Positions 1-13,311 of a stretch of DNA of 32,000 bases are shown here, piece after piece (positions within the stretch are counted from its first letter, which is position 1; each line of letters begins with the position of its first letter). The stretch is from Candidatus Scalindua sp. (lineage in GTDB: Bacteria > Planctomycetota > Brocadiia > Brocadiales > Scalinduaceae). The stretch is taken from contig JALDRA010000001.1 in assembly GCA_031316235.1 (NCBI GenBank), positions 2,580,001-2,612,000 on the forward strand. The letters are read 5' to 3'. The position numbers and the translations under genes were made by a program. The notes beneath the pieces are model-generated. The model searched no databases, was not told the DNA's origin, and saw only the letters and a program-made list of their open reading frames with translations.

Positions 1-1347
1 GAAAAAGCCTTGAGTAACCTCGATGAAAATGGGATAGTTCGAGTTGGTACTAAAGTCAAACCTTCTGACATTCTTGTTGGTAAAATAGCTCCGAAAAGTC
101 GAAGTGAGCTTTCTCCTGAAGAGAAGTTGCTGCATGCCATTTTCGGTAGAGCGGGTGAAGATGTGAAAAATGTCTCGCTTGAAGTTCCTTCTGGTGTGGA
201 AGGTGTTGTTATTGACACTAAGCTGTTTTCAAGGAGGGCACATCTCTCTGACGATAAGAGGCAGAAAATTGTAGATGATATTAAAGAGGTGGAAACCCAG
301 ATGAAGGAGACAATTTCCCAGGAGTTTGTTAAGATGGTTCGAAGACTGGAGGTTGTTTTTGGTGGTGCACTTGTTGATGTGGGTACTGGTCAACAGTTTG
401 AAGTGTCTGATGAGACCGATGGTGAGAGCATATTCTCCTTGTACGAGCAATTTAATATAAAAAATTACGATAATGGTGCTGACGAACATAAAACCAGCGG
501 TGCGGTAAAAATATGTGAGCAGTATCAGGTGAAGTTTGAGTCGTTGAAAGAAGAAGCTGACATCAAAAAAAGTCAATTAAAAAGGGGTGATGAGCTGCCG
601 AGTGGTGTGTTGGAGGTGGCAAAGGTGTCCATTGCAACAAAAAGAAGGCTATCAGTTGGTGATAAGATGGCCGGGAGGCATGGTAATAAAGGAGTGATTG
701 CTAAAATATTGCCAGTTGAAGATATGCCGTATCTGGAAGATGGAACGCCGGTTGAGATGATTTTAAATCCGCTGGGAGTGCCTTCCAGGATGAACCTTGG
801 TCAGCTTCTCGAAACACACCTGGGTTGGGCATCTAAAAAGCTGGGTTTTCAATCAGTTACTCCGATTTTTGATGGGGCTAAAGAGGCCGATGTTATCAGC
901 GCGTTACAGGAGGCGGGACTTCCGACGGATGGTAAAGCGGTTTTGTATGACGGACGTACGGGAGAGTCTTTTGAGCAAAAAGTTACCGTAGGGTATATGT
1001 ATATGTTAAAACTGCATCATCTGGTTGATGAAAAAGTGCATGCCAGGGCTACTGGACCTTATTCATTGATAACGCAGCAACCGTTGGGCGGAAAGGCCAG
1101 GTTTGGAGGACAGAGATTCGGTGAAATGGAAGTCTGGGCTCTGGAAGCGTATGGTGCGGCTTATAACCTTCAGGAGCTTCTCACCGTTAAGAGTGACGAT
1201 GTTGAGGGACGTACGAGAATCTATGAATCTATGATAAAGGGAAATAATACTCTGGAAGCAGGCACACCGGCTTCGTTTGAAGTGCTTTCCAAGGAGATTG
1301 AGGGGCTCGGTCTCTCATTAAAACTTGAAAAGGAATCAAGTATATAA
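1..1347 (+). CDS. rpoB: DNA-directed RNA polymerase beta subunit, C-terminal part (5'-truncated by the window edge)
   Basis: Frame 1 is open from nt 1 ([16 protein letters not shown]...). It carries conserved beta-subunit blocks [26 protein letters not shown] and [55 protein letters not shown]. rpoC follows 35 nt downstream. Confidence 0.97.
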   Translation, partial: EKALSNLDENGIVRVGTKVKPSDILVGKIAPKSRSELSPEEKLLHAIFGRAGEDVKNVSLEVPSGVEGVVIDTKLFSRRAHLSDDKRQKIVDDIKEVETQMKETISQEFVKMVRRLEVVFGGALVDVGTGQQFEVSDETDGESIFSLYEQFNIKNYDNGADEHKTSGAVKICEQYQVKFESLKEEADIKKSQLKRGDELPSGVLEVAKVSIATKRRLSVGDKMAGRHGNKGVIAKILPVEDMPYLEDGTPVEMILNPLGVPSRMNLGQLLETHLGWASKKLGFQSVTPIFDGAKEADVISALQEAGLPTDGKAVLYDGRTGESFEQKVTVGYMYMLKLHHLVDEKVHARATGPYSLITQQPLGGKARFGGQRFGEMEVWALEAYGAAYNLQELLTVKSDDVEGRTRIYESMIKGNNTLEAGTPASFEVLSKEIEGLGLSLKLEKESSI

Positions 1348-1382
1348 GATTTTGACATTAAACCTTATCCAAGGCTTCTGTT

Positions 1383-4300
1383 ATGTATGAAAAAATTAAT
1401 GAGTACAGTTCTGCAAGGATAACCCTGACTTCAGCAGAAGAGATAAGAAACAAATCTTATGGTGAGGTAAAAAAACCGGAAACTATTAATTACCGGACTT
1501 ACCGTGCCGAAAAGGACGGTCTTTTTTGTGAACGTATTTTCGGCCCGGAACGTAATTGGGAATGTTTTTGCGGCAAGTATAAAGGGATCAAGCATAAAGG
1601 GATAGTTTGCGACAGATGCGGTGTAAAGGTGACTCATTCTCGAGTGAGAAGGAAAAGAATGGGCCATATTAATCTGGCAACACCAGTTGTTCACATATGG
1701 TTTTTTAAGGCAATGCCCACGAGGATTGGTACCCTTTTAAGTATTAAAACCCGTGTCCTTGAAAGGATTGTCTATTTTCAAGACTATGTGGTGATAGATC
1801 CGGGTAGTACGGAACTTAAAGAGGGGCAGGTTTTGACTGAAGATGAGTATCGGGATGCCAAGGAGACGTTCGGCGAGACAGGTTTCAAGGCTGATATGGG
1901 TGCAGAGGCTATACGGAAGCTGCTTATGAATCTGGACCTGCAGCAGTTGTCTGATGATCTGAGGCTGGAGCTTAAAGAGACAAAATCCAAGCAGCGGGCA
2001 AAAGATATCACCAAGAGGTTGGAGATTGTCGAGGCCTTTCTGGGTTCAGATAATAAGCCGGAATGGATGGTCATGGATGTTGTTTCGGTAATTCCTCCAG
2101 ACTTGAGACCCCTGGTTTTACTGGAGAGTGGGGACTTTGCAAGTTCAGATCTTAACGATCTCTACAGGCGAATTATTAATCGTAATAATCGTCTAAAAAA
2201 ATTGATCGATCTTAATGCCCCTGATGTGATAATAAGGAATGAGAAGAGGATGCTGCAGCAGGCAGTAGATGCTCTTTTTGATAACAGCAGAAGTAAACGC
2301 CCTATTCTCGGGAGTAATAACAGGCCTTTGAAGTCACTGACTGATATGATTAAGGGAAAGCAGGGACGTTTCAGGGAAAATCTTCTTGGAAAAAGGGTCG
2401 ATTATTCTGCACGGTCGGTAATAGTTGTTGGTCCAGATCTGAAGTTGAGTCAATGCGGTATCCCAAAGAAAATTGCCCTGGAGTTGTTTCAGCCTTTTAT
2501 AATACGGCGTTTAAGAGAAATTGGGTTGGCCGATACGATCAAGAGTGCGAAAAAGATGCTTGCGAGACAGGAGGAGGAGGTGTGGGATATTCTGGATGAT
2601 GTTATTCACAAGCATCTGGTGCTGCTCAACCGTGCACCCACTCTGCATCGAATGGGAATTCAGGCTTTTGAGCCTGTACTTGTTGAGGGGAATGCGATAA
2701 AATTGCACCCACTGGTGTGCAGGGGATTTAACGCTGACTTCGATGGCGACCAAATGGCTGTTCATTTACCGCTCTCAGTTGAGGCACAGATCGAGGCGCA
2801 TACACTGATGCTTTCTGTACATAATATTTTCTCACCTGCATCGGGAGAACCTATTATTTCACCTTCTCAGGATATCGTATTGGGCTGTTTCTTCCTGACA
2901 ATTGATGCCAGAAATATTGATCCCAAAGCTAAACCGAGGAATTTCGGAAGTATAGAAGAGCTCCTGATGGCATATGCAGATAAGAAAATTGGTATTCATG
3001 CGCAGATTGGGATCAGGATGGAACCGGGGAAAATTGTTCTGGGAGCCGAAGGTGTGCAACCTATGAAGGGGCTCTTGTGTGTTACGACTGTGGGGCGGGT
3101 AATTTTCAATGATGTGCTTCCCGCGGGTTTGCCATTTTACAATTATCCGCTTGATAACAGATCGCTTAATAATCTTATTCAGGATTGTTATAAGATTTTG
3201 GGTAAAGGAAGTACTATTAAATTATTGGACAAAATAAAGGAAATTGGATTTAAAGAGTGCACAAAGGCCGGCCTTTCAATATCTATAATGGACTTGAAAA
3301 TGCCGGAGAAGAAAAAGCAGATCCTTGAAAAAACACAAAAGGAAGTAGAAAAAACGCAGAAGCTGTACAGGAAAGGTATTATTACTGAAGGGGAAAGATA
3401 TAACCAGATTATCGATGAATGGACCCATGCGGGTGAACTCGTGGCGGAAGAGATGCTTGCTGAGATCAAGAATGATGTCAGGGATGGTGTTCCTTATCTC
3501 AATCCGGTGTATCTGATGTCCGCATCTGGTGCAAGAGGGAGTACTCAACAGCTTAGGCAGCTTGCTGGGATGAGAGGATTGATGGCAAAACCTTCTGGTA
3601 AAATAATAGAAACACCTATTAAGGCCAACTTTAGAGAAGGGTTGAACGTATTGGAATATTTCAGTTCGACCCATGGTGCACGTAAAGGGCTGGCAGATAC
3701 AGCTTTGAAGACAGCAGACTCAGGTTATCTGACAAGAAAACTTGCAGATGTTGCGCAAAATGTTATAATCAACGGCGAGGATTGCGGTACCCTTAACGGG
3801 ATCTGTAAAAGTGCGGTTTATCGTGGAGACCGTGTCGAGGTTCCACTTTCAAAAATAATACGGGGCAGGGTTTCCCTTAATAATATTGTAGATTTGGTCA
3901 GGGATGAGGAAATTGTCAGGGAGAATGAGTTAATAACCGAAGAAAAAGCTAAAAAGATAGAGGCATTGGGATATGAAAAGATTCGGGTTCGTTCCCCTTT
4001 AACCTGTGAACTGCCGACTGGACTGTGTGTTAAATGTTATGGGGTTGATCTTTCTAAGGGAAAGATGGTGGAAAATGGTACTGCGGTTGGTATGATAGCG
4101 GCGCAGTCGATAGGCGAGCCTGGTACCCAGTTGACGATGAAGACTTTTCATATTGGAGGAACTGCGACCCGGTCCATAGAAGAGAATGAGATTCGGGCTA
4201 AAAGGGCCGGCCATGTTAAATTCAGTGAACTTAATTTAGTTGAAAATCCACTGGGGGAAACAATAGCACTCGACGGTAAAGGTGAAGTAATCATTACAGA

Positions 4301-5480
4301 TGAAAAGGGGAGACAGATTGACAGACATGTTGTTCCCCTTGGTGCAGTAGTTCGTATAAAAGAGGGGGAAAAGGTTTCTGTAAATAAGGCAATTATCAAA
4401 TGGGATCCGCACATGACACCCATCCTGGCTGAGATGGGGGGGGTGGTTCGTTTTGAAGATATAATTGAGAACAAGACGATGCGAAAGGAGTATGATCCGG
4501 TTACTCAGATTAAAAGAAATGTTATTATTGAGCACAAAGGAGACCTGCATCCACAAATAATTATCGAGACACACGACGGAAAGATCCAGGGGCTTTACCC
4601 AATACCTGAAAAGGCTCACATAGAGGTTGAAAATGAAGCCGTTGTTTCTGCCGGTACACTTCTTGCCAAGACACCGAGAGAGATTACAAGAACTGAAGAT
4701 ATTACCGGGGGGTTGCCGAGAGTTTCTGAAATTCTTGAGGCGAGAAGGCCAAAGGATCCGGCTGTAATGAGTGAAATTGACGGGATAGTAGAGCTGGGAG
4801 AAAAGAGGAGAGGAAAGAGGACGATTATTGTCAAGGGTGAATCAGGTCTTGAAATAGAGCATCTGGTGCCTCGTGGTAAACATTTAAGAGTGCACAGGGG
4901 CGATAGGGTAAAATCCGGTGATCCTCTGGTCGAAGGCCCCCTCGTCTTACAGGATATCCTGAGAATTTGTGGAGAAGAGGAATTACAGGAATACACGATC
5001 AAGGAAGTTCAGAATGTGTATCGTTCGCAAAACGTGCCTATCGATGATAAGCATGTAGAGATAATTGTTTCCCAGATGTTGAGAAAGGTGCAGGTGGAGG
5101 AGCCTAATGACACGAGACTTTTGCCCAATTCTATTATTGACAGGTACCAGTTCAAGGAAATCAACCGTAAAATAAAAGAGCAAAATGGTAAGCCTGCAAC
5201 TGCAAATTCACTATTACTGGGAATAACCAAGGCCTCTATCCAGTCCGATAGCTTTATATCAGCGGCCTCGTTCCAGGAGACGACAAAAGTGTTGACAAAG
5301 GCGGCACTAGAGGGGAAGAGGGATGAGCTGGTAGGATTAAAAGAAAATGTTATATTGGGCCATCTGGTGCCGACAGGCACCGGGGCTAAGTTTTACCATA
5401 AATTGTCGGCAATCGGGACTGAGATTGAACGTCCTGAAGGGGAAGAGGTAGAAGAGGACCTTTTATCCATGTCGAGCTAA
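1383..5480 (+). CDS. rpoC: DNA-directed RNA polymerase beta' subunit
   Basis: 1365-aa ORF with the N-terminal Zn finger [20 protein letters not shown], the catalytic [12 protein letters not shown] motif and the [23 protein letters not shown] block. Confidence 0.98.
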   Translation: MYEKINEYSSARITLTSAEEIRNKSYGEVKKPETINYRTYRAEKDGLFCERIFGPERNWECFCGKYKGIKHKGIVCDRCGVKVTHSRVRRKRMGHINLATPVVHIWFFKAMPTRIGTLLSIKTRVLERIVYFQDYVVIDPGSTELKEGQVLTEDEYRDAKETFGETGFKADMGAEAIRKLLMNLDLQQLSDDLRLELKETKSKQRAKDITKRLEIVEAFLGSDNKPEWMVMDVVSVIPPDLRPLVLLESGDFASSDLNDLYRRIINRNNRLKKLIDLNAPDVIIRNEKRMLQQAVDALFDNSRSKRPILGSNNRPLKSLTDMIKGKQGRFRENLLGKRVDYSARSVIVVGPDLKLSQCGIPKKIALELFQPFIIRRLREIGLADTIKSAKKMLARQEEEVWDILDDVIHKHLVLLNRAPTLHRMGIQAFEPVLVEGNAIKLHPLVCRGFNADFDGDQMAVHLPLSVEAQIEAHTLMLSVHNIFSPASGEPIISPSQDIVLGCFFLTIDARNIDPKAKPRNFGSIEELLMAYADKKIGIHAQIGIRMEPGKIVLGAEGVQPMKGLLCVTTVGRVIFNDVLPAGLPFYNYPLDNRSLNNLIQDCYKILGKGSTIKLLDKIKEIGFKECTKAGLSISIMDLKMPEKKKQILEKTQKEVEKTQKLYRKGIITEGERYNQIIDEWTHAGELVAEEMLAEIKNDVRDGVPYLNPVYLMSASGARGSTQQLRQLAGMRGLMAKPSGKIIETPIKANFREGLNVLEYFSSTHGARKGLADTALKTADSGYLTRKLADVAQNVIINGEDCGTLNGICKSAVYRGDRVEVPLSKIIRGRVSLNNIVDLVRDEEIVRENELITEEKAKKIEALGYEKIRVRSPLTCELPTGLCVKCYGVDLSKGKMVENGTAVGMIAAQSIGEPGTQLTMKTFHIGGTATRSIEENEIRAKRAGHVKFSELNLVENPLGETIALDGKGEVIITDEKGRQIDRHVVPLGAVVRIKEGEKVSVNKAIIKWDPHMTPILAEMGGVVRFEDIIENKTMRKEYDPVTQIKRNVIIEHKGDLHPQIIIETHDGKIQGLYPIPEKAHIEVENEAVVSAGTLLAKTPREITRTEDITGGLPRVSEILEARRPKDPAVMSEIDGIVELGEKRRGKRTIIVKGESGLEIEHLVPRGKHLRVHRGDRVKSGDPLVEGPLVLQDILRICGEEELQEYTIKEVQNVYRSQNVPIDDKHVEIIVSQMLRKVQVEEPNDTRLLPNSIIDRYQFKEINRKIKEQNGKPATANSLLLGITKASIQSDSFISAASFQETTKVLTKAALEGKRDELVGLKENVILGHLVPTGTGAKFYHKLSAIGTEIERPEGEEVEEDLLSMSS

Positions 5481-5498
5481 AGGGGAAGGTGTGCAAAA

Positions 5499-5870
5499 AT
5501 GCCAACGATTAATCAGCTTGTAAGAAAAGGTAGAAAGAAAGTATTGAAAAAAAGCAAAAGTGTCGATTTGGAAGGTTGCCCTCAGAAAAAAGGTGTCTGT
5601 CTTCAGGTAATGACCCGTACACCTAAAAAGCCAAATTCAGCTTTAAGGAAAGCAGCGAGGGTGAGGTTAACAAACGGGAAAGAAGTTAACGCCTACATAC
5701 CCGGTGAAGGACATAATTTGCAGGAGCATTCGATTGTCTTGTTAAGGGGTGGTAGGGTACGTGACCTTCCCGGTGTTAAGTATCATATAATTCGAGGAAA
5801 ACTTGATACCGCCGGCGTTGACGGGAGAAAAAGAGGTAGATCAAAATATGGGGCAAAAAGCACTAAATAA
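5499..5870 (+). CDS. rpsL: 30S ribosomal protein S12
   Basis: Begins [14 protein letters not shown] and contains [10 protein letters not shown]. An AGGGGAAGG SD-like run lies upstream. It sits in the canonical position after rpoC. Confidence 0.98.
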   Translation: MPTINQLVRKGRKKVLKKSKSVDLEGCPQKKGVCLQVMTRTPKKPNSALRKAARVRLTNGKEVNAYIPGEGHNLQEHSIVLLRGGRVRDLPGVKYHIIRGKLDTAGVDGRKRGRSKYGAKSTK

Positions 5871-5913
5871 TATCTTTATTAATCGAATTTTTATATTTAT
5901 GGAGTAGGGTTAT

Positions 5914-6396
5914 ATGTCGTTGCAATATAAGAGTACTGAGGCATATCTGAAACCTGATGTGCGTTACCGGAGCCAGCTGGTCACAAAGTTGGTCAACTGT
6001 ATGATGCACAAGGGGAAGAAAAGTGTTGCTGAGAAACTTGTGTATCAGGCAATGGAACATTTGAGAACACGGTTTGAAGATAAGGAACCATTGGAAATAT
6101 TAGAAACTGCGATAAATAATGTTAAACCGCTGGTTGAGGTCAAATCAAGGCGTGTCGGTGGTGCAACATATCAGGTACCAATCGAGGTGTCCAGAAAACG
6201 GCAATTGTCGCTGGCGATAAGGTGGGTTATTAATGCGGTACGAAATAAGAAGGGGAAGGCTTCGTATCTAAAATTTGCTGATGAAATTTCAGACGCATAT
6301 AAAAAGCAGGGTGTTTCAATAACACAGAGAGAGAATACCCATAAAATGGCAGAAGCAAATAAGGCCTTTGCGCATTTCGGGTGGAGTAGATATTAA
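5914..6396 (+). CDS. rpsG: 30S ribosomal protein S7
   Basis: Contains LVNCMMHKGKKSVAEKLVY and GGATYQVPIEV, both S7 blocks. Its TAA stop abuts the fusA ATG. Confidence 0.97.
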   Translation: MSLQYKSTEAYLKPDVRYRSQLVTKLVNCMMHKGKKSVAEKLVYQAMEHLRTRFEDKEPLEILETAINNVKPLVEVKSRRVGGATYQVPIEVSRKRQLSLAIRWVINAVRNKKGKASYLKFADEISDAYKKQGVSITQRENTHKMAEANKAFAHFGWSRY

Positions 6397-8463
6397 ATGA
6401 AAAAGACGGATAAGCTTGAAAATTTAAGGAATATCGGTATAGCCGCTCATATAGATGCGGGAAAAACAACGGTCTCAGAAAGGATTCTCTATTACACTGG
6501 GAGAAATTTTAAACTGGGAGAAGTCCATGAGGGAACGGCGGTGATGGACTGGATGGAGGAGGAGCAGAAGCGGGGTATTACCATTACTGCTGCTGCTACT
6601 TCTTGTACCTGGGGTGATTTCCAGATAAACTTAATTGATACCCCTGGTCACGTTGACTTTACCATGGAAGTAGAAAGATCTCTCAGGGTTCTGGATGGTG
6701 CGATCTGTGTTTTTTGTGCTGTAAGTGGTGTGGAGGCTCAATCGGAAACGGTCTGGAGGCAGGCTGACCGGTATAAGGTTCCTCGAATATGCTTTGTCAA
6801 CAAGATGGATAGGGTCGGTTCAGATTTTATCAAAGTTCTTGCAGACATTAAAGCAAAGCTGAGTAAAAAAGCAATTCCAATACAGCTGCCTCTTGGGAAA
6901 GAAGCTGGTTTTAAAGGAGTCGTCGATCTCATAAAGTGCAAAGCCTATGTTTACGGGTATGCGGATGACGTTGCAGGAGAGAATTATGAAATATCTGATA
7001 TTCCTGATGATATGATGCCACTTTTTAAACAGTATCGAGAAGTAATGATCGAGGGTATAGCAGATAAGGTCGATTGGTTTATGGATAAATACCTTAACGA
7101 GAGTGAGATCACTGAGAAGGACATAATAAAGGCGGTTCGTGAAGGTGTTATTTCAGGTAAATTGATACCAGTTCTGTGCGGATCTGCCTTTAAGAACAAG
7201 GGAGTACAGCAACTGTTAGATGCAGTCTGTGCTTATCTTCCTGCACCGGTTGATGTGCCTCCTGTTAAAGGGACTCATCCGAAAGAAGATGCGATAGAAG
7301 AGAGAAAACCGCTGGATACAGAGCCTTTCAGTGCATTAGCCTTCAAGATAGCCTCGGATAAGCATGGTGATCTTACCTATCTCCGCATTTATTCCGGGAA
7401 GGTTGAATCGGGGAATAGGTATCTGAATCCCAGGTTAGGAAAGAAGGAGCTGGTCAGCAGGATTTATCGGATGCATGCTAATAACCGCGAACAGCTGGAT
7501 AGTGCATCGGTGGGTGAGATCGTAGCTGTGATAGGCCTTAAACAGGTAGCTACCGGTGATACTCTGTGTGACGAAGGCAAGCCGATTGTGTTGGAGCAGA
7601 TTGATTTTCCGGAAACAGTAATCTCGATGGCGATCGAACCAAAATCTGAGGCGGAAAAGGAAAAGTTGGGTGTTGTGTTAGGCCGGCTGGCGAAGGAAGA
7701 CCCTACATTCAAGGTAACATCTGACAAAGAGACCGGGCAGATGATTATTGCTGGTATGGGAGAGCTGCATCTTGAAGTTCTGAAAAACAGAATGCTGAGT
7801 GAGTATAACATCAACGCTAATGTCGGTGCACCGAGGGTCTCATATCGTGAAACGATTAAGAATAAAGTTGAAGTTGAAGGGAAATTTGTCAAGCAAACAG
7901 GTGGTAGAGGTCAGTATGGCCATGTAGAGATTATCCTTGAGCCTTACGAAGGTGAAAAATCGGTTGAATTTGAAAATAAGATTGTAGGCGGTGCCATATC
8001 GAAGCCCTATATAAAGGCAGCTGAAAAGGGTATTAAGGATACAGCTGAGACGGGTCTGTCTGGTGGATACCCCCTGATAAATATCAAAGTGACCTTGATC
8101 GATGGCTCAATGCATCAGGTTGATTCATCTGAAATTGCCTTTTATAATGCAGCGAGTATTGCTTTGAAAGAGGGTGTTGAAAAGGCGAAATCAGTTGTCC
8201 TTGAGCCTATTATGAAAATTGAAGTTACGATTCCGGAAAATTATCTTGGCGATGTACTGGGAGAATTACACAGCCGCCGAGCGGAAATCATGGAATTGGT
8301 AACGCTGGGAGATCTGAGGATAATTAAGGGTAAGATCCCTCTGGCTGAGACTTTTGGTTATACTACGGTCTTGAGATCAATCACTCAGGGTAGGGGCTCC
8401 TACACTGCTGAACCATTAGAATATAAACCTATGCCCGCAAAAGTTCATAGTGCAGCTACGTGA
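6397..8463 (+). CDS. fusA: Elongation factor G
   Basis: 688 aa with GTPase motifs [17 protein letters not shown] and NKMD, plus the conserved domain IV/V block GGRGQYGHV. Confidence 0.98.
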   Translation: MKKTDKLENLRNIGIAAHIDAGKTTVSERILYYTGRNFKLGEVHEGTAVMDWMEEEQKRGITITAAATSCTWGDFQINLIDTPGHVDFTMEVERSLRVLDGAICVFCAVSGVEAQSETVWRQADRYKVPRICFVNKMDRVGSDFIKVLADIKAKLSKKAIPIQLPLGKEAGFKGVVDLIKCKAYVYGYADDVAGENYEISDIPDDMMPLFKQYREVMIEGIADKVDWFMDKYLNESEITEKDIIKAVREGVISGKLIPVLCGSAFKNKGVQQLLDAVCAYLPAPVDVPPVKGTHPKEDAIEERKPLDTEPFSALAFKIASDKHGDLTYLRIYSGKVESGNRYLNPRLGKKELVSRIYRMHANNREQLDSASVGEIVAVIGLKQVATGDTLCDEGKPIVLEQIDFPETVISMAIEPKSEAEKEKLGVVLGRLAKEDPTFKVTSDKETGQMIIAGMGELHLEVLKNRMLSEYNINANVGAPRVSYRETIKNKVEVEGKFVKQTGGRGQYGHVEIILEPYEGEKSVEFENKIVGGAISKPYIKAAEKGIKDTAETGLSGGYPLINIKVTLIDGSMHQVDSSEIAFYNAASIALKEGVEKAKSVVLEPIMKIEVTIPENYLGDVLGELHSRRAEIMELVTLGDLRIIKGKIPLAETFGYTTVLRSITQGRGSYTAEPLEYKPMPAKVHSAAT

Positions 8464-8543
8464 TGGTAATTGGGTTTTAAGTTTGTGTGTTTTATCCTGA
8501 TGCAGGTGGATCATTAAAATTATAATTGGAGGTAAAAAAGTAA

Positions 8544-9746
8544 ATGGCTAAGGAGGTATTCAAGAGGACGAAGCCGCATGTGAATGTGGGAACGATTGGG
8601 CATGTGGATCACGGTAAGACGACGTTGACATCGGTGATAACGAACACACTTGCTGCAAAGGGTTTTGCCAAGGCGAGGGCATTTGATTCGATAGACAATG
8701 CGCCGGAGGAGCGGGACCGCGGGATAACGATAGCGATAGCGCATGTGGAGTATGAGACGGAAAAAAGGCATTATGCCCATGTGGATTGTCCCGGTCATGC
8801 TGATTATGTAAAGAATATGATAACCGGGGCTGCGCAGATGGATGGTGCGATCCTGGTGGTGAGCGCACCGGATGGTCCGATGCCGCAGACTCGAGAGCAT
8901 ATACTGCTTGCAAGGCAGGTGGGCGTTCCGAGAATTGTGGTTTTTTTAAATAAGCTGGATCAGCTGGAAGATCCCGAGCTGCTTGAGCTGGTAGAGTTGG
9001 AGATAAGGGAGCTGTTAAGCAAGTATGAGTTTCCGGGAGATGATATCCCTGTGATAAAGGGGTCGGCTCTCAAGGCGGCGGGATGTGGCTGTGCGAAGGC
9101 TGAGTGTGAGAACTGTGGGCCGATATTGGAGTTAATGGATGCGCTGGATAGCTACATACCGGATCCGGTCAGAGAGATAGACAAGCCGTTTTTGATGTCC
9201 CTGGAAGATGTCTTCAGTATCAAAGGGCGGGGAACGGTAGGTACGGGTCGGGTCGAGCGGGGTATCGTGAAGGTGGGAGATGAGGTTGAGATAGTTGGGA
9301 TGACAGAGGTGGTACGTAAGACGGTGGTGACAGGGGTAGAGATGTTTAATAAGACGTTGGATCAGGGGCAGGCTGGCGATAACCTGGGTGTTTTGTTGAG
9401 GGGGGTCGAGAAGGATGATCTGGAGCGCGGACAGGTGCTGGCAGTTCCGAAGAGTATAACTCCGCACACGAAGTTTGAGGCGGAGGCGTATATATTGACA
9501 AAAGAGGAGGGTGGAAGGCATACTCCGTTTTTCAATGGTTACAGGCCTCAGTTTTATTTTCGAACAACAGATGTGACTGGTTCGGTGAATTTGCTGGGAG
9601 GTGCGGAGATGGTGATGCCGGGGGACAATGCGAAGCTGGAGATAGAGCTGGTGACGCCCATAGCGATGGAGCAGGAGTTGAGGTTTGCGATACGGGAGGG
9701 TGGAAAGACCGTGGGTGCGGGTGTTGTTACTAAAATTATAGCATGA
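8544..9746 (+). CDS. tuf: Elongation factor Tu, with an unusual Cys-rich insertion in domain I
   Basis: 400 aa with [18 protein letters not shown] and NKLD motifs. A GGAGG SD lies about 11 nt upstream. The residues [13 protein letters not shown] lie where E. coli has a shorter Cys-free segment. Confidence 0.98.
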   Translation: MAKEVFKRTKPHVNVGTIGHVDHGKTTLTSVITNTLAAKGFAKARAFDSIDNAPEERDRGITIAIAHVEYETEKRHYAHVDCPGHADYVKNMITGAAQMDGAILVVSAPDGPMPQTREHILLARQVGVPRIVVFLNKLDQLEDPELLELVELEIRELLSKYEFPGDDIPVIKGSALKAAGCGCAKAECENCGPILELMDALDSYIPDPVREIDKPFLMSLEDVFSIKGRGTVGTGRVERGIVKVGDEVEIVGMTEVVRKTVVTGVEMFNKTLDQGQAGDNLGVLLRGVEKDDLERGQVLAVPKSITPHTKFEAEAYILTKEEGGRHTPFFNGYRPQFYFRTTDVTGSVNLLGGAEMVMPGDNAKLEIELVTPIAMEQELRFAIREGGKTVGAGVVTKIIA

Positions 9747-9760
9747 TATTGGGTTGAATT

Positions 9761-10078
9761 ATGGCTAACGAAGTTGACTTTAAAATACGGATTAGAATGG
9801 AATCATATGATCACAGAAATCTTGATATATCAGCAGCGGATATCGTGGAGACTGCAAAACGTACGGGTGCGAAAGTGTGCGGCCCGATACCATTGCCGAC
9901 ACGGATAGAGAGGTTTACGGTTTTACGTTCACCACATGTTGATAAAAAGTCAAGAGAGCAGTTTGAGATCAGAACACATAAACGGTTAATCGATATCGTC
10001 GAGCCGACTGGTAAAACCGTTGATGCCTTAAATAAGTTGAATATGCCTGCAGGTATTGAGATAAAAATCAAGGCTTGA
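9761..10078 (+). CDS. rpsJ: 30S ribosomal protein S10
   Basis: [14 protein letters not shown] and [38 protein letters not shown] are typical S10 sequence. It starts only 14 nt after tuf. Confidence 0.97.
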   Translation: MANEVDFKIRIRMESYDHRNLDISAADIVETAKRTGAKVCGPIPLPTRIERFTVLRSPHVDKKSREQFEIRTHKRLIDIVEPTGKTVDALNKLNMPAGIEIKIKA

Positions 10079-10157
10079 GAAGGAGCCTCTGGCATATATA
10101 CGTTTCTTTTATTGTTCAGGATTATTATATTTTGATAAGTTAGTAGGTCTACGTAAA

Positions 10158-10781
10158 ATGGCGATTGGATTACTGGGAAAAAAAATAGGTATGTCTCAGG
10201 TTTATAATGATAAAGGAGATGTTGTCCCTATTACATTAATTGAAGCGGGACCGTGTGATATTTTGCAGATAAAGACAGAGCAAAATGACGGATATGCTGC
10301 TATTCAGATGGGGTTTGAGGAGAAGAAGGAGAAAAACGCTACCAAGGCGGAGATTGGGCATTGCAAGAAGGCTAAAATGACTCCTAAAAGATTTATCAGG
10401 GAATTGAGTGTCAGTTTAGGTGATCAATATGAAATTGGTCAAAGGCTGACAGTTAGTATTTTTGAGGGTGTAGATAAGCTTGATATTTCAGGTACGAGTA
10501 AAGGAAAAGGTTTTGCTGGAGTTATGAAAAGATGGGGGTTCCGAGGCGGTCCGGCAACGCATGGTTCTACCAACCATAGGGGCCCAGGATCAATTGGCGC
10601 GGGGACTGATCCTGGCAGAGTCCTGAAAGGACGGAAAATGGCAGGTAGGATGGGTGGTGTACGGGCGACGATAAAGAATATCGAGGTTGTGAAAATTGAT
10701 AAGGACAACAATATAATATGTGTTAAAGGTGCCGTACCTGGGCCAAAAGGTGGATATGTTACTTTGAAAAAGTGTAAATAA
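10158..10781 (+). CDS. rplC: 50S ribosomal protein L3
   Basis: [16 protein letters not shown] and [25 protein letters not shown] match L3 signatures. Confidence 0.97.
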   Translation: MAIGLLGKKIGMSQVYNDKGDVVPITLIEAGPCDILQIKTEQNDGYAAIQMGFEEKKEKNATKAEIGHCKKAKMTPKRFIRELSVSLGDQYEIGQRLTVSIFEGVDKLDISGTSKGKGFAGVMKRWGFRGGPATHGSTNHRGPGSIGAGTDPGRVLKGRKMAGRMGGVRATIKNIEVVKIDKDNNIICVKGAVPGPKGGYVTLKKCK

Positions 10782-10798
10782 GAAAGGCCATTACCTAT

Positions 10799-11416
10799 AT
10801 GCTGGAAGTGCAAGTATTTGATAAAAACGGGGAGTTGCAGGAGCCGATCTCAGTTTCTGAGGAAGGTTTCGGTGGAACAGTTCATAGAGCTCTTTTACGG
10901 GATGCGGTAATTATGTATGAAGCAAACATGAGAGACACAATTGCATGTACCAAAACCAGGGCTGAAGTTTCAGGAGGTGGCCGTAAACCTTGGGCACAGA
11001 AGCACACTGGAAGGGCAAGGGCCGGAAGCAGTCGATCACCTTTGTGGAAGGGTGGTGGGATAGTCTTCGGACCAAGACCAAGAGACTTTCGTTATTCAAT
11101 GCCACGTAAAGCTAAAAAGGTGGCTCTCTATTCTGCTATATTGGCAAAATTAAAAGATAACGAGGTTACGTTGATAGAAGATTTTGTTTTTGAAAAGCCA
11201 AGTACCAAGAAAATGGTCTGTTTGCTCAGGTCTTTAGGTATTACGGGCAGCTGTCTTCTTGTTATGCAGAATAAAGAGGAGAAGGTTTGGAAATCTTCTC
11301 GGAATATCTATGACATAAAATTGAAATTAGCATCAGAGCTGTGTGCCTACGATATGGTGAAATATAAACACACCCTGATGACAGTTGAAGCATTTGAATG
11401 GTTGAAGAAAGAGTGA
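10799..11416 (+). CDS. rplD: 50S ribosomal protein L4
   Basis: The block GGGRKPWAQKHTGRARAGSSRSPLWKGGG.VFGP and its position in the S10 gene order. Confidence 0.95.
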   Translation: MLEVQVFDKNGELQEPISVSEEGFGGTVHRALLRDAVIMYEANMRDTIACTKTRAEVSGGGRKPWAQKHTGRARAGSSRSPLWKGGGIVFGPRPRDFRYSMPRKAKKVALYSAILAKLKDNEVTLIEDFVFEKPSTKKMVCLLRSLGITGSCLLVMQNKEEKVWKSSRNIYDIKLKLASELCAYDMVKYKHTLMTVEAFEWLKKE

Positions 11417-11457
11417 TTATTTGCCAGTTAAATTTTTTACGTGAGTAAGATTTTATT

Positions 11458-11739
11458 ATGGACTATTATCAGATTATAAAAAAACCTTTACATTCGGAAA
11501 AAAGTGTTGCTGACAGGGAAGTGACGAATTCGTTTCATTTCGAAGTGAGCAGAAAAGCTAACAAAATTCAAATAAAAGAAGCTATAGAAAAGTTATTTGA
11601 AGTCAAGGTGGAAAATGTGAGAACACTCAACAGGAATGGGAAGAAAAGAAGTTATCGGAACAAGATATATAATACAAGTAGCTGGAAAAAGGCAATAGTG
11701 ACCTTGAAAGAGGGTAATACTATAGATTTTGGCTACTAA
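11458..11739 (+). CDS. rplW: 50S ribosomal protein L23
   Basis: 93 aa. Has an L23-like N-terminus ([11 protein letters not shown]) and a [11 protein letters not shown]-terminus, and lies between rplD and rplB. Confidence 0.95.
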   Translation: MDYYQIIKKPLHSEKSVADREVTNSFHFEVSRKANKIQIKEAIEKLFEVKVENVRTLNRNGKKRSYRNKIYNTSSWKKAIVTLKEGNTIDFGY

Positions 11740-11771
11740 CAAAATCAGTACAAATAGGAGGTTGGATTTTA

Positions 11772-12599
11772 TTGGGAATTAAACGCTATAAACCAACAAG
11801 TAGTGGGAGAAGATTTGGGAGTGTATCTGATTTTTCAGATATTACCAAAAAAACTCCGGAGAAAAGCCTTTTAACGCCTCTTAAGAAGACTGGCGGCAGG
11901 AACAATAAGGGGAAAATTACTACACGCCATAGAGGTGGGGGAAGCAAGAGAAAATACAGGATAATTGATTTCAAGAGAGATAAAAACGATGTTCCTGCAG
12001 TGGTAGCAAGTGTAGAGTATGATCCAAATCGTACTGCTAATATTGCATTGCTGAATTATCTGGATGGTGAGAAACGGTATATCCTGGCACCGAAGGGTCT
12101 CGAAGTTGGACAGAGAATTCTTTCAGGTACAAAAGTAGAACCTCAGATTGGTAATGCAATGCCTTTGGAAAACATACCACTCGGCCTTGAAGTGCATAAT
12201 ATCGAATTGAAGGTTGGCGGTGGCGGAAAGATTGTGAGATCTGCAGGAAATGCAGCACGAATTGTGGCGAAAGAGGGAACTTATGCCCAGATTATTCTTC
12301 CTTCAGGTGAGGTTCGTAAGATTTTTCATAAGTGTAAGGCGACAATTGGTCAAGTCGGAAATATTGATCACATGGGTTGTACAATAGGGAAGGCGGGAAG
12401 AAATAGATGGAAGGGTCGCAGACCGCATGTCCGGGGAGTTGCTATGAACCCCGTTGCACATCCGCTGGGTGGTGGTGAAGGAAGGAGCCATGGTGGCAGG
12501 CATCCTTGTTCTCCTACAGGAGTACTGGCTAAAGGGGGTAAAACACGGAAAAGGAAATCGCTCAGTAATCAATTTATTGTAAGAAAGAGAACCAAATAG
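11772..12599 (+). CDS. rplB: 50S ribosomal protein L2 (TTG start)
   Basis: [15 protein letters not shown]-terminus and the [18 protein letters not shown] block. An AGGAGG SD lies upstream of TTG 11772. Confidence 0.98.
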   Translation: MGIKRYKPTSSGRRFGSVSDFSDITKKTPEKSLLTPLKKTGGRNNKGKITTRHRGGGSKRKYRIIDFKRDKNDVPAVVASVEYDPNRTANIALLNYLDGEKRYILAPKGLEVGQRILSGTKVEPQIGNAMPLENIPLGLEVHNIELKVGGGGKIVRSAGNAARIVAKEGTYAQIILPSGEVRKIFHKCKATIGQVGNIDHMGCTIGKAGRNRWKGRRPHVRGVAMNPVAHPLGGGEGRSHGGRHPCSPTGVLAKGGKTRKRKSLSNQFIVRKRTK

Positions 12600-12654
12600 T
12601 TTTTGTGTCTGATTTTTAAAAATATTTATATTTGTTCGAAAAAGAAAAAATGCT

Positions 12655-12924
12655 ATGGGACGTTCGATAAAAAAAGGACCGTTTGTTGAAGAGAAATTAA
12701 TGAAGAAGGTTATGAAACAGAAGGATACCGGGGATAAAGAGCCAATACGAACCTGGTCGAGGAGCAGTACTATTCTCCCTGAATTTGTATCCCATACCTT
12801 TCTCGTACATAATGGCAAAAGTTTCAATAAGGTCTTTGTGGTTGAGGACCTTGTTGGTCACAAGTTGGGCGAATTTGCACCGACCAGGATCTTCAGGGGC
12901 CATACTGCAAAAAAGAAAAAATAG
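12655..12924 (+). CDS. rpsS: 30S ribosomal protein S19
   Basis: [20 protein letters not shown] and [14 protein letters not shown] are S19 motifs. Confidence 0.97.
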   Translation: MGRSIKKGPFVEEKLMKKVMKQKDTGDKEPIRTWSRSSTILPEFVSHTFLVHNGKSFNKVFVVEDLVGHKLGEFAPTRIFRGHTAKKKK

Positions 12925-12972
12925 TCATGATTTGTATGTTTAGTGAATTTTGAATGGGTAAAATGGTAAGCT

Positions 12973-13311
12973 ATGGAATTTAAATCAAAATATAGATTTG
13001 CAAAAACTTCTCCCAGGAAAGTCAGATACGTTGCTGATCTGATTCGAGGTAAATCAGTAAACAGGTCATTGGGTATTTTAAGATTTACCAATAAGAGGGC
13101 GTCATCCATGTTGGACAAGATTTTAAGATCTGCTATTGCAAGTGTTGTTGAAAATGGTGAGTTGGGAGCAGACTCTCTCTTCGTCAAGGAAATCCGTGTT
13201 GATGGTGGACCGTCGAGAAAATGGCATCGGCCACGGGCACGGGGAGTTTCGACAATGATTAAGAGACGAACGAGCCATATTTCTCTTGTTTTGTCAGATA
13301 TTTTAAAGTGA
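12973..13311 (+). CDS. rplV: 50S ribosomal protein L22
   Basis: Contains SPRKVRYVADLIRGKSV and HISLVL, and sits in the operon position after rpsS. Confidence 0.96.
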   Translation: MEFKSKYRFAKTSPRKVRYVADLIRGKSVNRSLGILRFTNKRASSMLDKILRSAIASVVENGELGADSLFVKEIRVDGGPSRKWHRPRARGVSTMIKRRTSHISLVLSDILK

